Of a DNA stretch of 64,000 bases, positions 37,444 to 51,263 are shown in pieces; within the stretch, counting starts at the first letter, position 1, and each line of letters begins with the position of its first letter. Where the stretch lies: positions 105,402,001-105,466,000 of the forward strand of contig CM059431.1 of the NCBI GenBank assembly GCA_030390025.1, in the 5' to 3' direction. The stretch is from Squalus acanthias. Its lineage: Eukaryota. The notes beneath the pieces were generated by a model. It was given only the letters and a program-made list of their open reading frames with translations. It was not told the DNA's origin and did no database searches. A program made the position numbers and the translations under genes.

Positions 37444-38791
37444 CTTTGTTAACCTGTCCTGCCACCTTCAAAGATTTGTGCACAAGCAGTCCCCCAGGTC
37501 TCTCTGCTCTTGCATCCCCTTTAAAACTGTGCCAATGTGATCAAGTTAATTGGATTAATCTCCAGTTATTAAGGTTAGTTGTTGTTTCTCTGGCAGTTGG
37601 GTCAACCTCCTTCCAGCATTGAAATTTGTAAAAAAAAAAGAAAATAACTTTTATAAAACCTTTAGAGACTTAAGCCATCCAATTCTGCTGGGCGAGGGCT
37701 GTCCCCATTGAGCGTTGTAACTTCAGTGGGCAATCCACAAACTCCCTTGAGAAATGGCGGGACTCCAGTCAGTACTTCCCTCCGTATCTTAAAGCTGTCC
37801 TCTTACTGAGGGGCAGAAATGACTGGAGCAGGACCACAAAGCAGAATGACACCAGTCTGGGAGACAGTTTTTGGAGCCCCTGTTTCAGAAGATCCAGAAA
37901 GAATATTGGTCATTTTTTTTGGAGCAGAATGGACTCGGCGTAACACTGGAGGGCAACACACTGAGAGGGCGGAGGTGTACCGACCTCCAGAAGGGTGCAA
38001 GTGTCCCGCCCCCCCCCCCCCCTTTGGGTAACCAAGGAGGGGGAAGGCTCCAAGTGGCACTCGGTGGGGGGTTGCTGGTGGCCACAAACTTGTCTTGTGC
38101 GATGGTAGACAGATGCTCGATTGTACGGATGCATGGTGCAGTTGGGTGCCAGAGATGCACCCCAAGTGGTGCAGGCACCTGCTAGCCCCATACAAATGAG
38201 GTGTCCTTCCGCTGACTCTACAATCTCCGGTAGGGCCAGCCCTGGAGCGCATCAGTAGACGCAATCCCAGAGTAAACGTCAGCTCCTTACCCATGTTTTT
38301 TCAGGGCCCTTTTCTCTAAGAGCACTACCTACCTTCCAAGGGATCCAATAACATGCTGGGTTGAATTAAGAATTGGTGTCCTGAATTCCAAAATGTCGGG
38401 AAATGGAGGAAAAAGTATGCCCGCCACCCCTAAACTAATATTGAAATGCAGCACGGATCGGAAAATGGGATGAGCACTAAATTGGCTGGAGTTCCAGCAG
38501 AATTGTCTAATCCAGGCTGCTGACTCAACAGGGGTGCTCTCAGTCAAAAAGTCGAGGGTCCCATTTCTAGCGTAACCCTAAAAGCATCTCAAGAGAAAGG
38601 TTTTACAATTTCATTACGAGTAACGATGAGGAAACCCTCCTGCTGTTCTACCATGTCACTAACCAGAGGAAACATTTCACTTTGTTGTCTCTGCCAAATG
38701 TCTTTTGGTATGTGTGTTGACAAATCACACCATGTGTGGTCTCACCAGTAAATTTAATGTGCTACTCTCAGTTCCTGGATGTAGACATGTA

Positions 38792-39310
38792 GGGCAGAAT
38801 TTTCATTGTCCCGTGGAGGTGGGTTTGGAGGCGTGTGGGGGGTTAAAAGTGCGAAAACTGGCGGGCGGGCATAAGCCCACCTCCACGCAATTTTCATTAA
38901 ATTGTGTCTGCTGGTTCCGACTCTAAGAGGTGGGATAGGCTGTTAAGGCCCTTAACAAGCACTAAATTGCCTCTATAATGCCATTTTGAAAGGCCTTTGT
39001 GAGAGGAAGAGGAGGAGGAGGTATTATTATTATATCTGGGCGCAGACTTAGGGCTGCTGCTGCTCATTTTGCCTCCATATCCTCTCACAGCAAAGGCCAG
39101 GCAGTCTTTGCAGACCTTCAATGCAGCAGCAATGATGACATCAGCAGAGGCGACTTTCAGACTGAAAACACTAATTGGGTCATGGGTTCCCACATGCTGG
39201 AACTCAATTGCCCAATTAGGTGAAAATCGCATCAATCTCCCACATCCAATTGCAGTCGGGTGGATAACACGAAAAGTGGATAACACGACCCCAGTATCAA
39301 AATCCAGCCC
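38792..39310. mobile_element. Harbinger-type MITE related to family A
   Basis: TIRs gggcagaatttt / aaaatccagccc; perfect TSD gta (38789-38791, 39311-39313). Confidence 0.8.
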
Positions 39311-39384
39311 GTAACCTTGCATTCCATTACCCTTGGTATTGATTGTCAGACATGATGATGTCTTCAAAACATTTGGGAGAAAAA

Positions 39385-39849
39385 AATAACTTGTATTTGA
39401 ACAGCACCTTTTATGACCCCAGGATGTCCCAAAGCGCTTTACAACCAATGAAGTACCTTTGGACTGTAGTCACTGTTGTAATGTGGGAAACGCAGCAGCC
39501 ACTTTGCGCACAGCAAGCTCCCACAAACAGCAATGTGACAATGACCAGATGATCTGTGCTTCTGTGATGTTGGTTGAGGGACAAATATTGGCCCAGGACA
39601 CTGGGTAGAACGCCCCTGCTCTTTTCGAAATTGTGCCATGGGATCTTTGACTTCAACCTGAGAGGGCAAATGAGGCCTCGGTTTAATGTCTCATATGAAA
39701 GACGGCCTCTCTGACAATGCTGCACTCCCTTGGCACTGCACTGGGAGTGTCAGCCTAGATTTTGTGCTCAATTCTCTGAAGTGGGACTGTGAACCCACAG
39801 CCTTCTGACTCAGAGGCGAGAGTGCTACCAACTGAGCCACAGCTGACAC
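39385..39849 (-). mobile_element. Full-length SacSINE1-type SINE
   Basis: Reverse complement of 19257-19729. Confidence 0.9.
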
Positions 39850-40415
39850 CTATTTAATCAGCTATCAACCTCAAATCTATTTCCTGCTTCACCTGGGTTA
39901 AAGAAATACTTTAGGGAAGTGTTGTCTTACAGATGCTGGTAGTGTTTTCTGTAATAACCTACATTTGAAGAGTCGCTCTCTTCTCTTAGTCTATTCAAAA
40001 TTGACTAGTTTGATCGTTGCTGCTCTGCCCTTCAGTCGATATGCACTGTAGATATCTTGCTCAATTCCTCTATGTTTTCAGTGCTCTGAGGAGCTTAAAT
40101 ATAATAGCCAATTACACACCTTCACAAGATATGAGATTACTTTGCCTCCCTTCAATCTCCTTCACTCAAAGTGATAGAACTGAATTCATAACTTTTACCC
40201 AGACAGGAATACATCACTTGCTTCTGAACTAATTTAAAGCGCTTCTTCTTCCCCCTCCTGGCGAATTAATTAATTAATGTAAATTAAAGGGCAATAATTT
40301 TAATGTAAAACCATTTGGACAGTGCAGCACTGGAAAGAATGGTGTGGAGCAGTTAATAGGCCCAGTGCTACGAATACAGCAAAACGCATTCAAAATTTAA
40401 AGGAAAATAAATTTT

Positions 40416-40760
40416 ACATAGAATATACAGCACAGAAACAGGCCATTTGGCCCAACCAGTCCATGCCAGTATTTATGCTCCACTCGAGCCTCCTCCGATC
40501 CTTCCTCATCTAACTCTATCAGCATAACCCTCTATTCCCTTCTCCCTCATATGCTTGTCCAGCCTCCCCTTAACTGCATCTATACTATTCGCCTCAACCA
40601 CTCCCTGTGGTAGCGAGTTCCACATTCTCACCACTCTCTGGGTAAAGAAGTTTCTTCTCAATTCCCTGTTGGATTTCTTGGTGACTATCTTATATTGATG
40701 GCCTCTAGTTATGCTCTTCCCCACAAGTGGAAACACTCTCTCCGTGTCTACTCTATCACA
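40416..40760 (-). mobile_element. CR1 3' fragment
   Basis: ORF 40506..40778. Confidence 0.88.
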
Positions 40761-41092
40761 TTTAAGAAAGCATTGCAATATTTAGTGGCAGATGTTTTAA
40801 ACAACACGTTTTTTAAAAATGAGCCTCACAGTAGATTGTAATAATTGTATACAATAAACCATTGCTTGATATTACTGAAGCGAGGCCAAACCAAAATCGA
40901 TATGAACAGGATTCCCAACAATAAGAATTCTAACTTGAATGTGGAAGCTTCGCTTGCCACTTCAGGTACTGACAAACTGGTGAAACCAACTCCCTCCAAG
41001 CAACACCAGAGCACTTCAGTCTAGATGTTTGCCATCAGCATTATTTTAACGGCAACATTTGCCCATTTAAAAGAGATGGGTTAGCACTGGCA

Positions 41093-41500
41093 TTAAACAT
41101 TCACTCCCGCCACCATCGGCGTACCGTGGCTGCAGTGTGTACCATCTACAAGATGCACTGTAGCAACTCGTCAAGGCTCCTTCGGCAGCACCTCCCAAAC
41201 CCGCGACCTCTTCCACCTAGAAGGACAAGGGCAGCAGGCGCATGGGCACATCACCACCTCCAAGTTCCCCTCCAAGTCACACACCATCCTGACTTAAAAG
41301 TATATCGCCGATCCTTCATCGTCGCTGAGTCAAAATCTGGAACTCCCTCCCTAACAGCACTATGGGAGCACCTTCACCACACGGACTGCAGCGGTTCAAG
41401 AAGGCGGCTCACCACCACCTTCTCAAGGGCAATTAGGGATGGGCAATAAATGCTGGCCTTGCCAGTGACGCCCACATCCCATAAACAATTTTTTTTTTAA
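41093..41500 (+). mobile_element. CR1-group LINE family B 3' fragment
   Basis: ORF 41126..41449. Confidence 0.88.
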
Positions 41501-41519
41501 ATGCCGATCGGAAATTATC

Positions 41520-42500
41520 GGCTTGGTGCGCTATAACCAGGCTGGGGCCCCCCACGGATAGATAAACAAGATCAAATTTGAAATTTATAAAAAGGAAGGA
41601 TTTAGCACTTACAAGGCAGGTGATAAGCATGAAAGCCAAGAAAAATCTAAGGGACATGTAGGACAGGTATAAAAAGGGAGATGAGAAAGGCTAAGAGGGT
41701 GCACGAGAGAGAATTAGCACATAGTATAAAACAAAATCAATAAAAGGCTTTTATTTGGCAGTAGGAAGACAACAAAGGCAGAGATGAAAGAGTGCAGCTT
41801 ATACTGAGGAGTGAGGGATTGGCAGAAATACTAAGCTCAACTTTCACAGTGGAAGTGGGTATTGGGATTTTCGAATCACTAAAGGTGGAGGTGAAACCAA
41901 CTCACTCCAAGAGCAGTTTGTGGAGGTTGTTATTGTACCTCTCTCTCCTCCTTTAAGAGGCTCCTTAAAACCTATCTCTTTGACCGAGCTTTTGGCCACC
42001 TGTCCTGATATCTCCTTCTGTGGCTCAGTGTCAGATTCTGTCTGGCAACGCTCTTGTGAAGCGTTAAAGAAGCTATTATCAACGCAAGTTGTTGTTGTTG
42101 TTGTTGTTGTACAGAAATGGTACTGAAGAAGTTACTCAGGCTTAAGGCAGGCAAACCACTCGGTTTACATTCAAGGATAATGACAGAAGCAAGGGAAGAA
42201 AAAGGCTCTGACTATAGCTTTCCCGAATTCTGGGCAAAGGAAAATTGTGCCAGAGCACTGGAATGTGGTAAAAGTGACACCTCCCTTCAGAAAAGGGGAC
42301 AGGGATAAGACAGGAATTCATAGGCCAGTTATTCAGTCTCTGGGAAACCGAGTCCTTAACATGGAAGGAAATTACTAAGCACTTGGAGAAACACAAGTTA
42401 ATCAGGGCCAGACAGCATGGGATTCTAAAAGACAGGATTTACAGAATTCTTTGAAAAATGAGGAGACAAGACAGATAACAGAAAAGCCGTGGATGTGGTT
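41520..42500 (+). mobile_element. Old CR1 ORF2 remnant with a short L2 insertion (about 41935-42110)
   Basis: Degenerate RT N-terminal motifs (LKKLLRLKAGK..G.H.RI; QHG..K). Confidence 0.55.
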
Positions 42501-43274
42501 TAAAGCTGCCCGTATTTGTGTGGTCACATGGGATGCCCAATGGAAGCGACACTAGAAAATACCTCAGATGCAAAATAGGCAGCGGTCTGATACAAGGACC
42601 TCCGACACAACTTTCACCCCCACCTGCTCCAGTATCGAAATCTTGCGCAAACTTTCCAAATGCCTCTGAAGTCAGACTGTCCTTGATTAACAAGATCAGC
42701 GCTTTCCATCGACCTCCACACGATTTCTCATGTAATGTCCTTGTGCTCCCACTCCCTGGTTGGCTGTACACTGAGTTACTCTCCACATAACTCAATGGCC
42801 TTGACTTTTAGTAGGGGGTGCTTTTGGGACGGGTGGGGGTTGGGTGGGGGGGGCAGGAGTGGAAACCCCCCTCCCCAGGGATCTCAACGAGAGGCCATGG
42901 CCACGTTAACTCCTGGGCCTCATTTAAATAATGAAGGAGTAAGTCTTACTCGCGAAACCGGCAGGACTAACGTTAGGAGGCTGCAGGACATCTGGCCGGG
43001 AGTCTCAGGACACTGGGACCTCAAGGCAACGCTCCTCGGCATAAAGCTAGCACAGGGCAAGGGCTTCGGCAGCCGATGCCAGCGCCGAGAGGGAGAGACA
43101 AGGCCCAGGGACTTCTTGCTTGGAGACTAAGTATAAGCAAGGCATTAGAATGGACATATCTCATCACCTTCAATACATTGTAATGCCAGTACTAAGGTCT
43201 GGAACAGTCTCAATGTTCAACCCTCAGTAAGGGTGCCAAGCAGTTGACATATTCTAACGAGGTGCATGGCACAT

Positions 43275-43566
43275 AAGAAAGAAAGACATACATTTCTATA
43301 ACGCATTTCATGACCTCGGGACGTCCCAAAGCACTTTACAGCCAATTAAGTACTTTTTAAGTGTTGCAATGTGGGAAACACACAACCAATTTGCACACAG
43401 CAAACTCTCACAAACAGCAATTTGATAATGGCCAGATAACCTGCTTTAGTGATGTTGATTGAGGGATAAATATTGGCCCCAGGACACCAGGGGAGAACTC
43501 CCCTGCTCTTCTTTGAAATAGTGCCATGGGATCTTTTACGCCCGCCTGAGAGAGCAGACAGGGCCT
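43275..43566 (-). mobile_element. SacSINE1-type SINE 3' part
   Basis: Similarity to other copies. Confidence 0.82.
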
Positions 43567-44030
43567 GTTGGATAATTCCTTCCTTATCCTTTAAACAGGT
43601 TCGTACAGCTAGAGACAGTAATATGTTTGATAATTCACTTCCTTTATTACCGACATGACAATCTTAAAAACCCTAACCAACAAAGCATTAATCTTAAACA
43701 CCCTAACCAACCATACAGAATAGCGCATGTTAGCCCTGCGTCCAAAACCTACTGTGCGTAGATTTAATGAGAAATCGTGAAGATGGCTTCTCCAAGACTG
43801 TTCACTTCCCAAGGTCTCGAATGCAAATTTTGTTCCTTCTTTCTAATGAAGTAAAGCATGGCCTCTGTCTTATACTCTTTTGATTTATGGTTCATTTCCT
43901 TCCGAATGCAATCCTTACCTCATGTTTTACAACTACCCATTTGTTTCAAATAGTTTACCAAACAGAGATGAGAGGCTGCATATCTGCCCTTTTCACACCA
44001 AAGTGTTACCTCTTATTTATTGCCCCCCTT

Positions 44031-44738
44031 ATAAGAACATAAGACGTAGGAGCAGGAGTAGGCCATTTGGCCCCTCAAGCCTGCTCCGCCATTCAATAAA
44101 ATTATGGCTGATCTGGTCTTGGCCTCAACTCCACTTTCCTGCCCGCTCCCCATAACCCTTGACTCCCCTATAGTTCAAAAATCTGTCTATCTCCACCTTA
44201 AATATATTCAATGACCCAGCCTCCACAGCTCTCTGGGGTAGAGAATTCCACAGATTTACGACCCTCTGAGAGAAGAAATTCTTCCTCATCTCCGTTTTAA
44301 ATGGGTGACCCCTTATTCTGAAACTATGCCCCCTAGTTCTAGATACCCCCACGAGGGGAAACATCCTCTTTGCATCTACCCTGTCAAGCTCCCTCAGAAT
44401 CTTATATGTTTCAATAAGATCACCTCTCATTCTTCTAAACTCCAATGAGTATAGGCCCAACCTGCTCAACCTTTCCTCATAAGACAACCCCTTCAACTCA
44501 GGAATCAACCTAGTGAACCTTCTCTGAACTGCCTCCAATGCAAGTTTATCCTTCCTTAAATAAGGAGACCAAAACTGTACGCAGTACTCCAGGTGTGGTC
44601 TCACCAGCGCCCTGTACAGTTGTAGCAAGACTTCCCTACTTTTATACTCCATCCCCCTTGCAATAAAGGCCAACATTCCATTTGCCTTCCTAGTTACTTG
44701 CTGTACCTGCATGCTAATTTTTTGTGTTTCATGTACAA
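44031..44738 (-). mobile_element. CR1 3' fragment with uninterrupted frame
   Basis: ORF 44125..44712, 195 aa of CR1 ORF2 C-terminus. Confidence 0.92.
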
Positions 44739-44949
44739 GAAGTATCTGAAACCATCTTCTGATGTAAACAATCCACTGATGTAGGCACTCACGGCAACCC
44801 CTGCTGTGATAAAAGCCTGCGTTTCAAAAGCTTTCCTCATCAGCAATATTGAGAACGGCTTTTTCGGGAACATGTTTGAAACAAATCCTTTCCATGTTAT
44901 AGCTTTGTCTCCAGTAAAACAAAAGCACCTGCAAAAATATTCTTCCAGG

Positions 44950-45120
44950 GCCTGGGTTTAATGTCTCGTCCGAAAGACGGCACCTCCGACAGTGCAGCAC
45001 TCCCTCAGTCGTGCACTGGAGTGCCAGCCGAGATTTTGTGCTCAAGTCTCTGGAGTGGGACTTGAACCCACGACCTTCCGACTCAGAGGCGAGGGTGACG
45101 CCCACTGAGCCACAGCTGAC
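44950..45120 (-). mobile_element. SacSINE1-type SINE 5' part
   Basis: tRNA head with A/B boxes on minus strand. Confidence 0.85.
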
Positions 45121-45851
45121 AGATGTAGGTTTGCGTTTGGCGAGGTTTTGGCTTCGTCAATAGCTAGCAGCGTCTGGTTCACGTAACGCTGCTGAAAAAG
45201 CGATGACGCAGTCTCTTGTGCCAGATTTGGAAAATAGATTATCCACTTTAAAAGGGAAAAGAAAAAAACATGCCCAGTGCCAACACAGCCTCTTGTCCGC
45301 CACTCTCCTGAAATCTTTTTTGCCCTTCCTCAAGGCAATTGTCGTGACACCAACTCTGCTGGTTCTCCTCTGGCTATATTAATATCAATTTAAAAGCAAG
45401 TGGAAAAGGAACGGCCACAAAATTTCGTAGGCACATCGACAGACATTTGTGTGTAATGTAACAGTCTGGTGCTCAGGCACCTTAAAATAAGCCTATTTAA
45501 TTTTAAATTAAATATAACATGGCAAGTACTGAAGCCATGCTATCAACACCACTGAGAGGTCGCACAACACCAGGTTATACATCAACACCACTGCCAGGGA
45601 CGGTGACATAGAGAGGCAAGTGGGCTGAGAGTAGAGCTGGTTTTTTTTTGCTGCTTGAAGTCAGACAACGAGCCAGAGGGATCTGCACATGGTGAAACAG
45701 CCACCACGATTGGACGGCAGTACAGCTGTGTATTACAGACTGGGAGCTGTGGGTGATGTTCTCCTGTAGCAGTTTGGAAGGTGCCAGTGCCGAAGGAGTT
45801 TAAGGGCTGTGACAGCCACTATCAGAGCATGTTGCAAGAGGCTGCAGAGGT

Positions 45852-46235
45852 CATACGAACATACGAATTAGGAGCAGGATTCAGCCACTCGGCCTTTCGA
45901 GCCTGCTCCGCCGTTCAATAAGATCATGGCTGATCCGATTACTCCACATTCCCGCCTACCCCCCCTGATAACCTTTCACCCCCTTGCTTACCAAGAATCT
46001 ATCTACCTCTGCCTTAAAAATATTCAAAGACTCTGCTTCCACCGCCCTCTGAGGAAGAGAGTTCCAAAGACTCACGACCCTCTGTGAGAAAACATTTCTC
46101 CTCATCTCTGTCTTAAATGGGCGACCCCTTATTTTTTAAACAGTGACCCCTAGTTCTAGATTCTCCCACAAGAGGAAACATCCTCTCCACATCCACCCTG
46201 TCCAGACCCCTCAGGATCTTCTATGTTTCAATCAA
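45852..46235 (-). mobile_element. CR1 3' fragment
   Basis: catacgaacatacgaa tail and CR1 C-terminal sequence. Confidence 0.85.
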
Positions 46236-46425
46236 GGTCGGCGACAGCCTGCTTGCAGAAGAGCAGCCTTCTGATGCACTGCTCTTCGGTTAGATCTAAG
46301 AAGCCGATCTTAGCCTGTGCACACCGTGTGCTGGATATGGCTTCCTATGTGCAACCCCCTCACCTGCTGTCTTGTAAAGACCCAGCTGCTGATGGTTAAG
46401 GAGGGTGCTGCTCCTCTTCCAAATG

Positions 46426-46844
46426 AAACAACAACAGCTTTGTATTTACAAAGTGTCTTTAACGTAGTAAAACGTCCAAAGGCGCTTCACAGGAGCATTA
46501 GCAGACAAAATTTGACACCGAGCCGCATAAAGAGACATTAGGGACAGGTGACCAAAAGCTTGGTCAAAGAGGTCAGGTTTTAAGGAGCATCTTAAAAGGA
46601 GGAGAGAGAGGCGGAGAGGTTTAGGGAGGGAATTCCATACTTAGGGCCCAGGCAGCTGAAGGCACGGTCGCCAATGGTGGAGCGATGGAAATCAGAGCTG
46701 CACAAGAGGCCGGAATTGGAGGAGCGCAGAGATATCGGGGGGTTGTAGGGCTGGAGGAGGTTACAGAGATAGGGAGGTGGCGAGGCCGTGGAGGGATTTG
46801 AAAACAAGGATGAGAATTGTAAATTCGAGGCGTTCCCAGACCGG
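46426..46844 (-). mobile_element. L2 3' fragment
   Basis: ORF 46592..46807. Confidence 0.88.
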
Positions 46845-47382
46845 CAATAATAGCACCATCATAAGCAGACAGAACTTACTGAAGGTAAGCAAGGCAAAAA
46901 TAAAGTGAGAAAAAAGCGATCAGGCTGATGGAAATTCTCTTGGTAATCCAAACAGCACAATGGCACACAGATCCTGTGATCCAATTGCCTGCTGCTGAGT
47001 GCTCCTTTAAATAGTTCAGCTTCACGCCAATCCCGCTGGGCAGCAGGGCAGGACTTCCATGATGTTGTGTTCAAATCGCGTTGGGGATCCTAGGACCCCG
47101 ATTTGCAGGTATCCATGAGGCCCCCCAGCCTGCCTGTGACTTGACTCTGAAACCTTTGCGGTTAACGTAGTGGCCGGTGGGAACGAATCAGGAGCAGAGC
47201 AGTCAGTACTCCGCAGCCATTTTAACCGCCTGCCCAACCCGTTACTGCCAGGTGGGTACGGTTAAATCCAACCCCTCAGATGATGTATCAGCTTGTCTGC
47301 CACTCACCTTTTTTAAGGTTCAGCACAGCACGCATTTAAAAAGGTGAGTATTTTTGCTTACAGCAGTGCTCCAATAAATTAG

Positions 47383-47808
47383 GTTGTACCTATCAGGAAA
47401 GATTGAACAGGCTGGGGCTCTTTTCTATGGAGACAAGAGAAGGTTGAGGGATAGAGGTCTTTAAAAATCATGTAGAGGTTTGATAGGGTAGATGTGGAGA
47501 AGATGTGTGTCTAAAACTAAGGGTCATAAATATAAAATAGTCACCAATAAATCCAATGGGAAATTCAGGAGAAACTTTTTTACCCAGAGAGTGGTGAGAA
47601 TGTGGAACTCGCTACCACAGGGAGTAGTTGAGGTGATTAGCATAGATGCATTTAAGGGGAAGCAAGATAAGTAGATGTTGTACAAGTACAAGGTATGCTG
47701 ATTGAGTTAGATGAAGTAGGGGCGGAAGGAGGCTCGTGTGGAGCATAAACATCGGCACGGACCAGTTGGGCCGAATGGCCGGTTTCTGTGCTGTACAGTC
47801 TATGTAAA
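47383..47808 (+). mobile_element. CR1 3' fragment
   Basis: ORF 47492..47674. Confidence 0.82.
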
Positions 47809-48480
47809 TTAATTTTAACAAATCTACTCCATTCTCTAAATTGAGGCAGTGCCAACTAATTACAAGTAATACATAATTATACGGAAAGATTAGTTGGGGA
47901 ATTCACTGAAATATATCTTCGAGGAGAAAAAGTCATTAGCGGGAAGATGCTCAGAGATTATGCGACAATTACGGTATTAAAATTTGCGATACAGAAACAT
48001 TAAACATTGCTAATACCCAGTCTTCATCACATTCCTATTAATGGGGAATAGCTGAAGTATTAAAAAGTTACACCTTCTAGGTAGATTATCTGAGAGGAAA
48101 CCTAATAAATATTCTATTTGAGCAACGAGATAATAAATACCTCTTGAGACAGTATTACCGAGGAGATTCCTCATTCTTAAAACGTGAGAACTTGCTTTAT
48201 GCATATGGTATTGAGATAAATTATGTGGCTTACCGTGTTCCACACTGATATTCTGACAAAACTTGCCAGCAAAAAGAGTAGCGGTTTGTGGGCATTAAGG
48301 AAAATGTGATGATTTCCCCCTATTCACAGGGAAAATGCAGGCCTGATCATCACACTCCTAACAGTGGCCTGCAGATCTCAATGGATTTGGCAAAGCCATC
48401 TAATTTAAATGTACTCCTTGCCCATTCCCCAGGAGCATACAGAAACTGGTGGGCAGAGGAACGAATGTTCATTTGTCAAA

Positions 48481-48895
48481 GAAACGTAGAAAAATAGGAG
48501 CAGGAGTCGGCCATTCGGCCTTCGAGCCTGTTCCACCATTCAATATAATCATGGCTGATCCTCTGTCTCAATACCATATTCCCGCTCTCTCCCCACACCC
48601 CTTGATGCCTTTTGTGTCTAGAAATCTATCTATCTCCTTCTTAAATATATTCAGTGACTTGGCTTCCACAGCCTTCTGTGGTAGAGAATTCCACAGGTTC
48701 ACCACCCTCTGAGTGAAGAAATTTCTCATCTCAGTCCTAAATGTCCTACCCCGTATCCTGAGACTGTGACCCCTCGTTCTCGACACCCCCCCAGCCAGGG
48801 GAAACATCCTCCCTGCATCCAGTCTGTCTAGCCCGGTCAGAATTTTATACGTTTCAATGAGATCCCCTCTCATTCTTCTAAACTCTAGTGAATAC
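48481..48895 (-). mobile_element. CR1 3' fragment
   Basis: ORF 48568..48933. Confidence 0.9.
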
Positions 48896-48964
48896 ATCCT
48901 ACAGGTCATGCTGGATTGGCTGGCCTGGAACACTGTTTTGAAGAAGATGTCGAAGGGTTGCTAA

Positions 48965-49920
48965 AGAAATATATATACACAAAGGCTAGTGGAAATATGG
49001 AGACTCCCTCTGTCTCACAAAAAGCTATTGAGGCTTAGGGTCAATTGAAAATGTCAAGATGGAGATTGATAGATTTTTGTTGGGTAAGGGTTTTAAGGGA
49101 TATGGAACCAAGGGTGAAGAACAAGGTGACATAAATATAAGAATAGATGGAGTTAAGATACAGATCAGCCATGATCTAATTGAATGGAGGAACAGGTTCG
49201 AGGGGCTGAATGGCCTACTCCTGGTCCTATGTTCCTATGTACAGTAAGTGTAGAACTGCCCCACTCCACCTACACCCCCCCTCCCACCCCTTCAAGGATG
49301 TGCTGCTGGAGAGGTGCAGCAATGGATGGTGGCCACTGTTGGGGTTGAGGGGAATCCTACCATCTTCATCAATGAGCAGCAAGCATGGAAGAGTTCCAAT
49401 ACTCTATGCACTTTTGGGCTCCACACTATAGGAAGGATACTGAGCCAATAGATTAATTAGAATGTCACTGAATATGTGAAAATACAAAATACGAGGAACG
49501 ATTGATTTGAAAAACTGAGGCTGTTTTAATCGGAACAGAGGAGATTAAGGGCTGATTTGATGGCGGTGATTAAATGTAAGAAGGGATGGGACAGAGTCGA
49601 TAGAAACAGACTGTCTCCAGTGATTGATGGGTGAAGAACAAGGTGACATAAATATGAGAATAGATGTAAGTGATTCAGGACAGAGAGCAGGAGAAAGCTT
49701 TTTTTTTACACAGGGTTTGTGACGTTATGGAATGCACCACCAGAGTTAGTGTTTGAAGCAGAGTCCGTGTTAACATTTAAGCATAGTTTAGATAGGTGGG
49801 AGAATAAAGCGATATAGGAACTGGGCAGGTACATAGGATTAGGACTACTGCTCTTAAATTAGATAAACTCCACCTTGTTGGGCTAAACGGTTTGTTTCTG
49901 TGTTGTAATATCTATGTAAT
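48965..49920 (+). mobile_element. Two older CR1 3' remnants
   Basis: CR1 tails ending at about 49240 and 49920. Confidence 0.65.
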
Positions 49921-51263
49921 TCCACGTAGGCCTTGATATATACAACAGGCCGCTCACTGAGAGCAACCTTGGGAAATAGCCCTTTGGTCTTGCTGTCCAT
50001 TTCTAATTTTTTGTTTCCGCTTCTGTGAAGCGCTTTGGGACTTTCTTTTTTACGTTAAAGGCGCTATATAAATGCAAGTTGTTGTTGTTGGTGGGTTCCC
50101 TGGAAAACCACTATGGAGCTTACTGTGGGGAAACTGGGTGATGAATGTTTTCGGCCATTCTGAGCAGGAGAGTTATTAACACGGCGAGTAAATCTCAATC
50201 ACGCCTGCAGTTCGAGGTGGACAGAATCATCACAAATAAGCTATCCCTAGGACTCGGCATCCAGCAGTGGATAGGCATGCCTTAATCACTCAAAGTCACT
50301 GTTGGAGCTGTTCTGCAGCCTCCACCATCACCGCCGCCTATTGATTTTTCTACATTAATAAATGGGTTGAAGGAAACTGTGCACCGGGAGGGTTTCCTAC
50401 TCGAGATGTGCAGATTGCAGATGTTTTCCTGAAAAATTACATGCCTCTGGTAAACCTTTAGTATGAAAAAGGACAGCACAAGTAAATTGGTCCTGAAAGG
50501 GAGCACCTGCTGATTTTAATGGGGAAGGTGGCATTGATTTTTCTTTGACTAGAAAAATGGGCTATGTCTGAAGGATTCAGTCAACTTGGGATTTAAAGTG
50601 GAGATTTAAATAAAATCTCCTATTCCCAACTCCATTTTGTCACACAGCAGTAACCTCAATAAGTGCCAAGGTTCCTAAAGGGCACGGACGCTTGGTTCTG
50701 TGTCTTCTTTCTAACTAGCTGTTCCATGTCGAAGATAAGATCCTGGGACCGGAAGCCCTGAGAAGAGGGGGTCATTAACCTTCGCTGCTTTCTGCGGTCT
50801 ATAGGGAATGCAATGCAGTAGCTACAAAAGAAAAGCATTAACTATTGTAAGGCAGAAAGACGGTCTTTTGGGGAATTAGGTTAGCAATTGTAAAACCCTA
50901 AGACCAACAATTCATCCCTAGTGTTGTCATTTTTTACTTGCAAGCTCACCTGATCTGACCTGTAATGTGCACCTCATGGAGAGAATAGTAAAGTAGGGGA
51001 CATATTTTCAAAGCAGCGTATTCCCTTTATAAAACCACCAGCAGTTATTTTGAAAGAGAAAATCTTGCAGCTTTAAAAAAGGCAAACAGAAATTCAGGCA
51101 TGTGGTGATCCCATGAGGAGGTCTCAAATTTGGATCTGTCCTTCAGTTTGTTCTCAGCTGATGAGCTATGAGCTGAGCGGGCGTATGTCTCCGCTGAAAT
51201 AGAAGATACCTTCCTTCCTCAATCTTGATCCAGTGTGAAGTTTTGTAACCCAGTTCTGACATT

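Noticed and set aside
40826..41014. Small transmembrane-like ORF
   Set aside because: Weak acceptor; the hydrophobicity is explained by a T-rich strand; no family recognised
43650..43710. Telomere-like ccctaacc repeats
   Set aside because: Only a 21-bp segment duplicated once, not a TTAGGG array
44125..44712. Functional 195-aa gene
   Set aside because: It is the C-terminus of a 5'-truncated CR1 ORF2 lacking the RT core and endonuclease
51150..51200. Hammerhead-like ctgatgag...gaaa
   Set aside because: The stem before GAAA does not follow the CTGATGA core directly; no stem I or III pairing found
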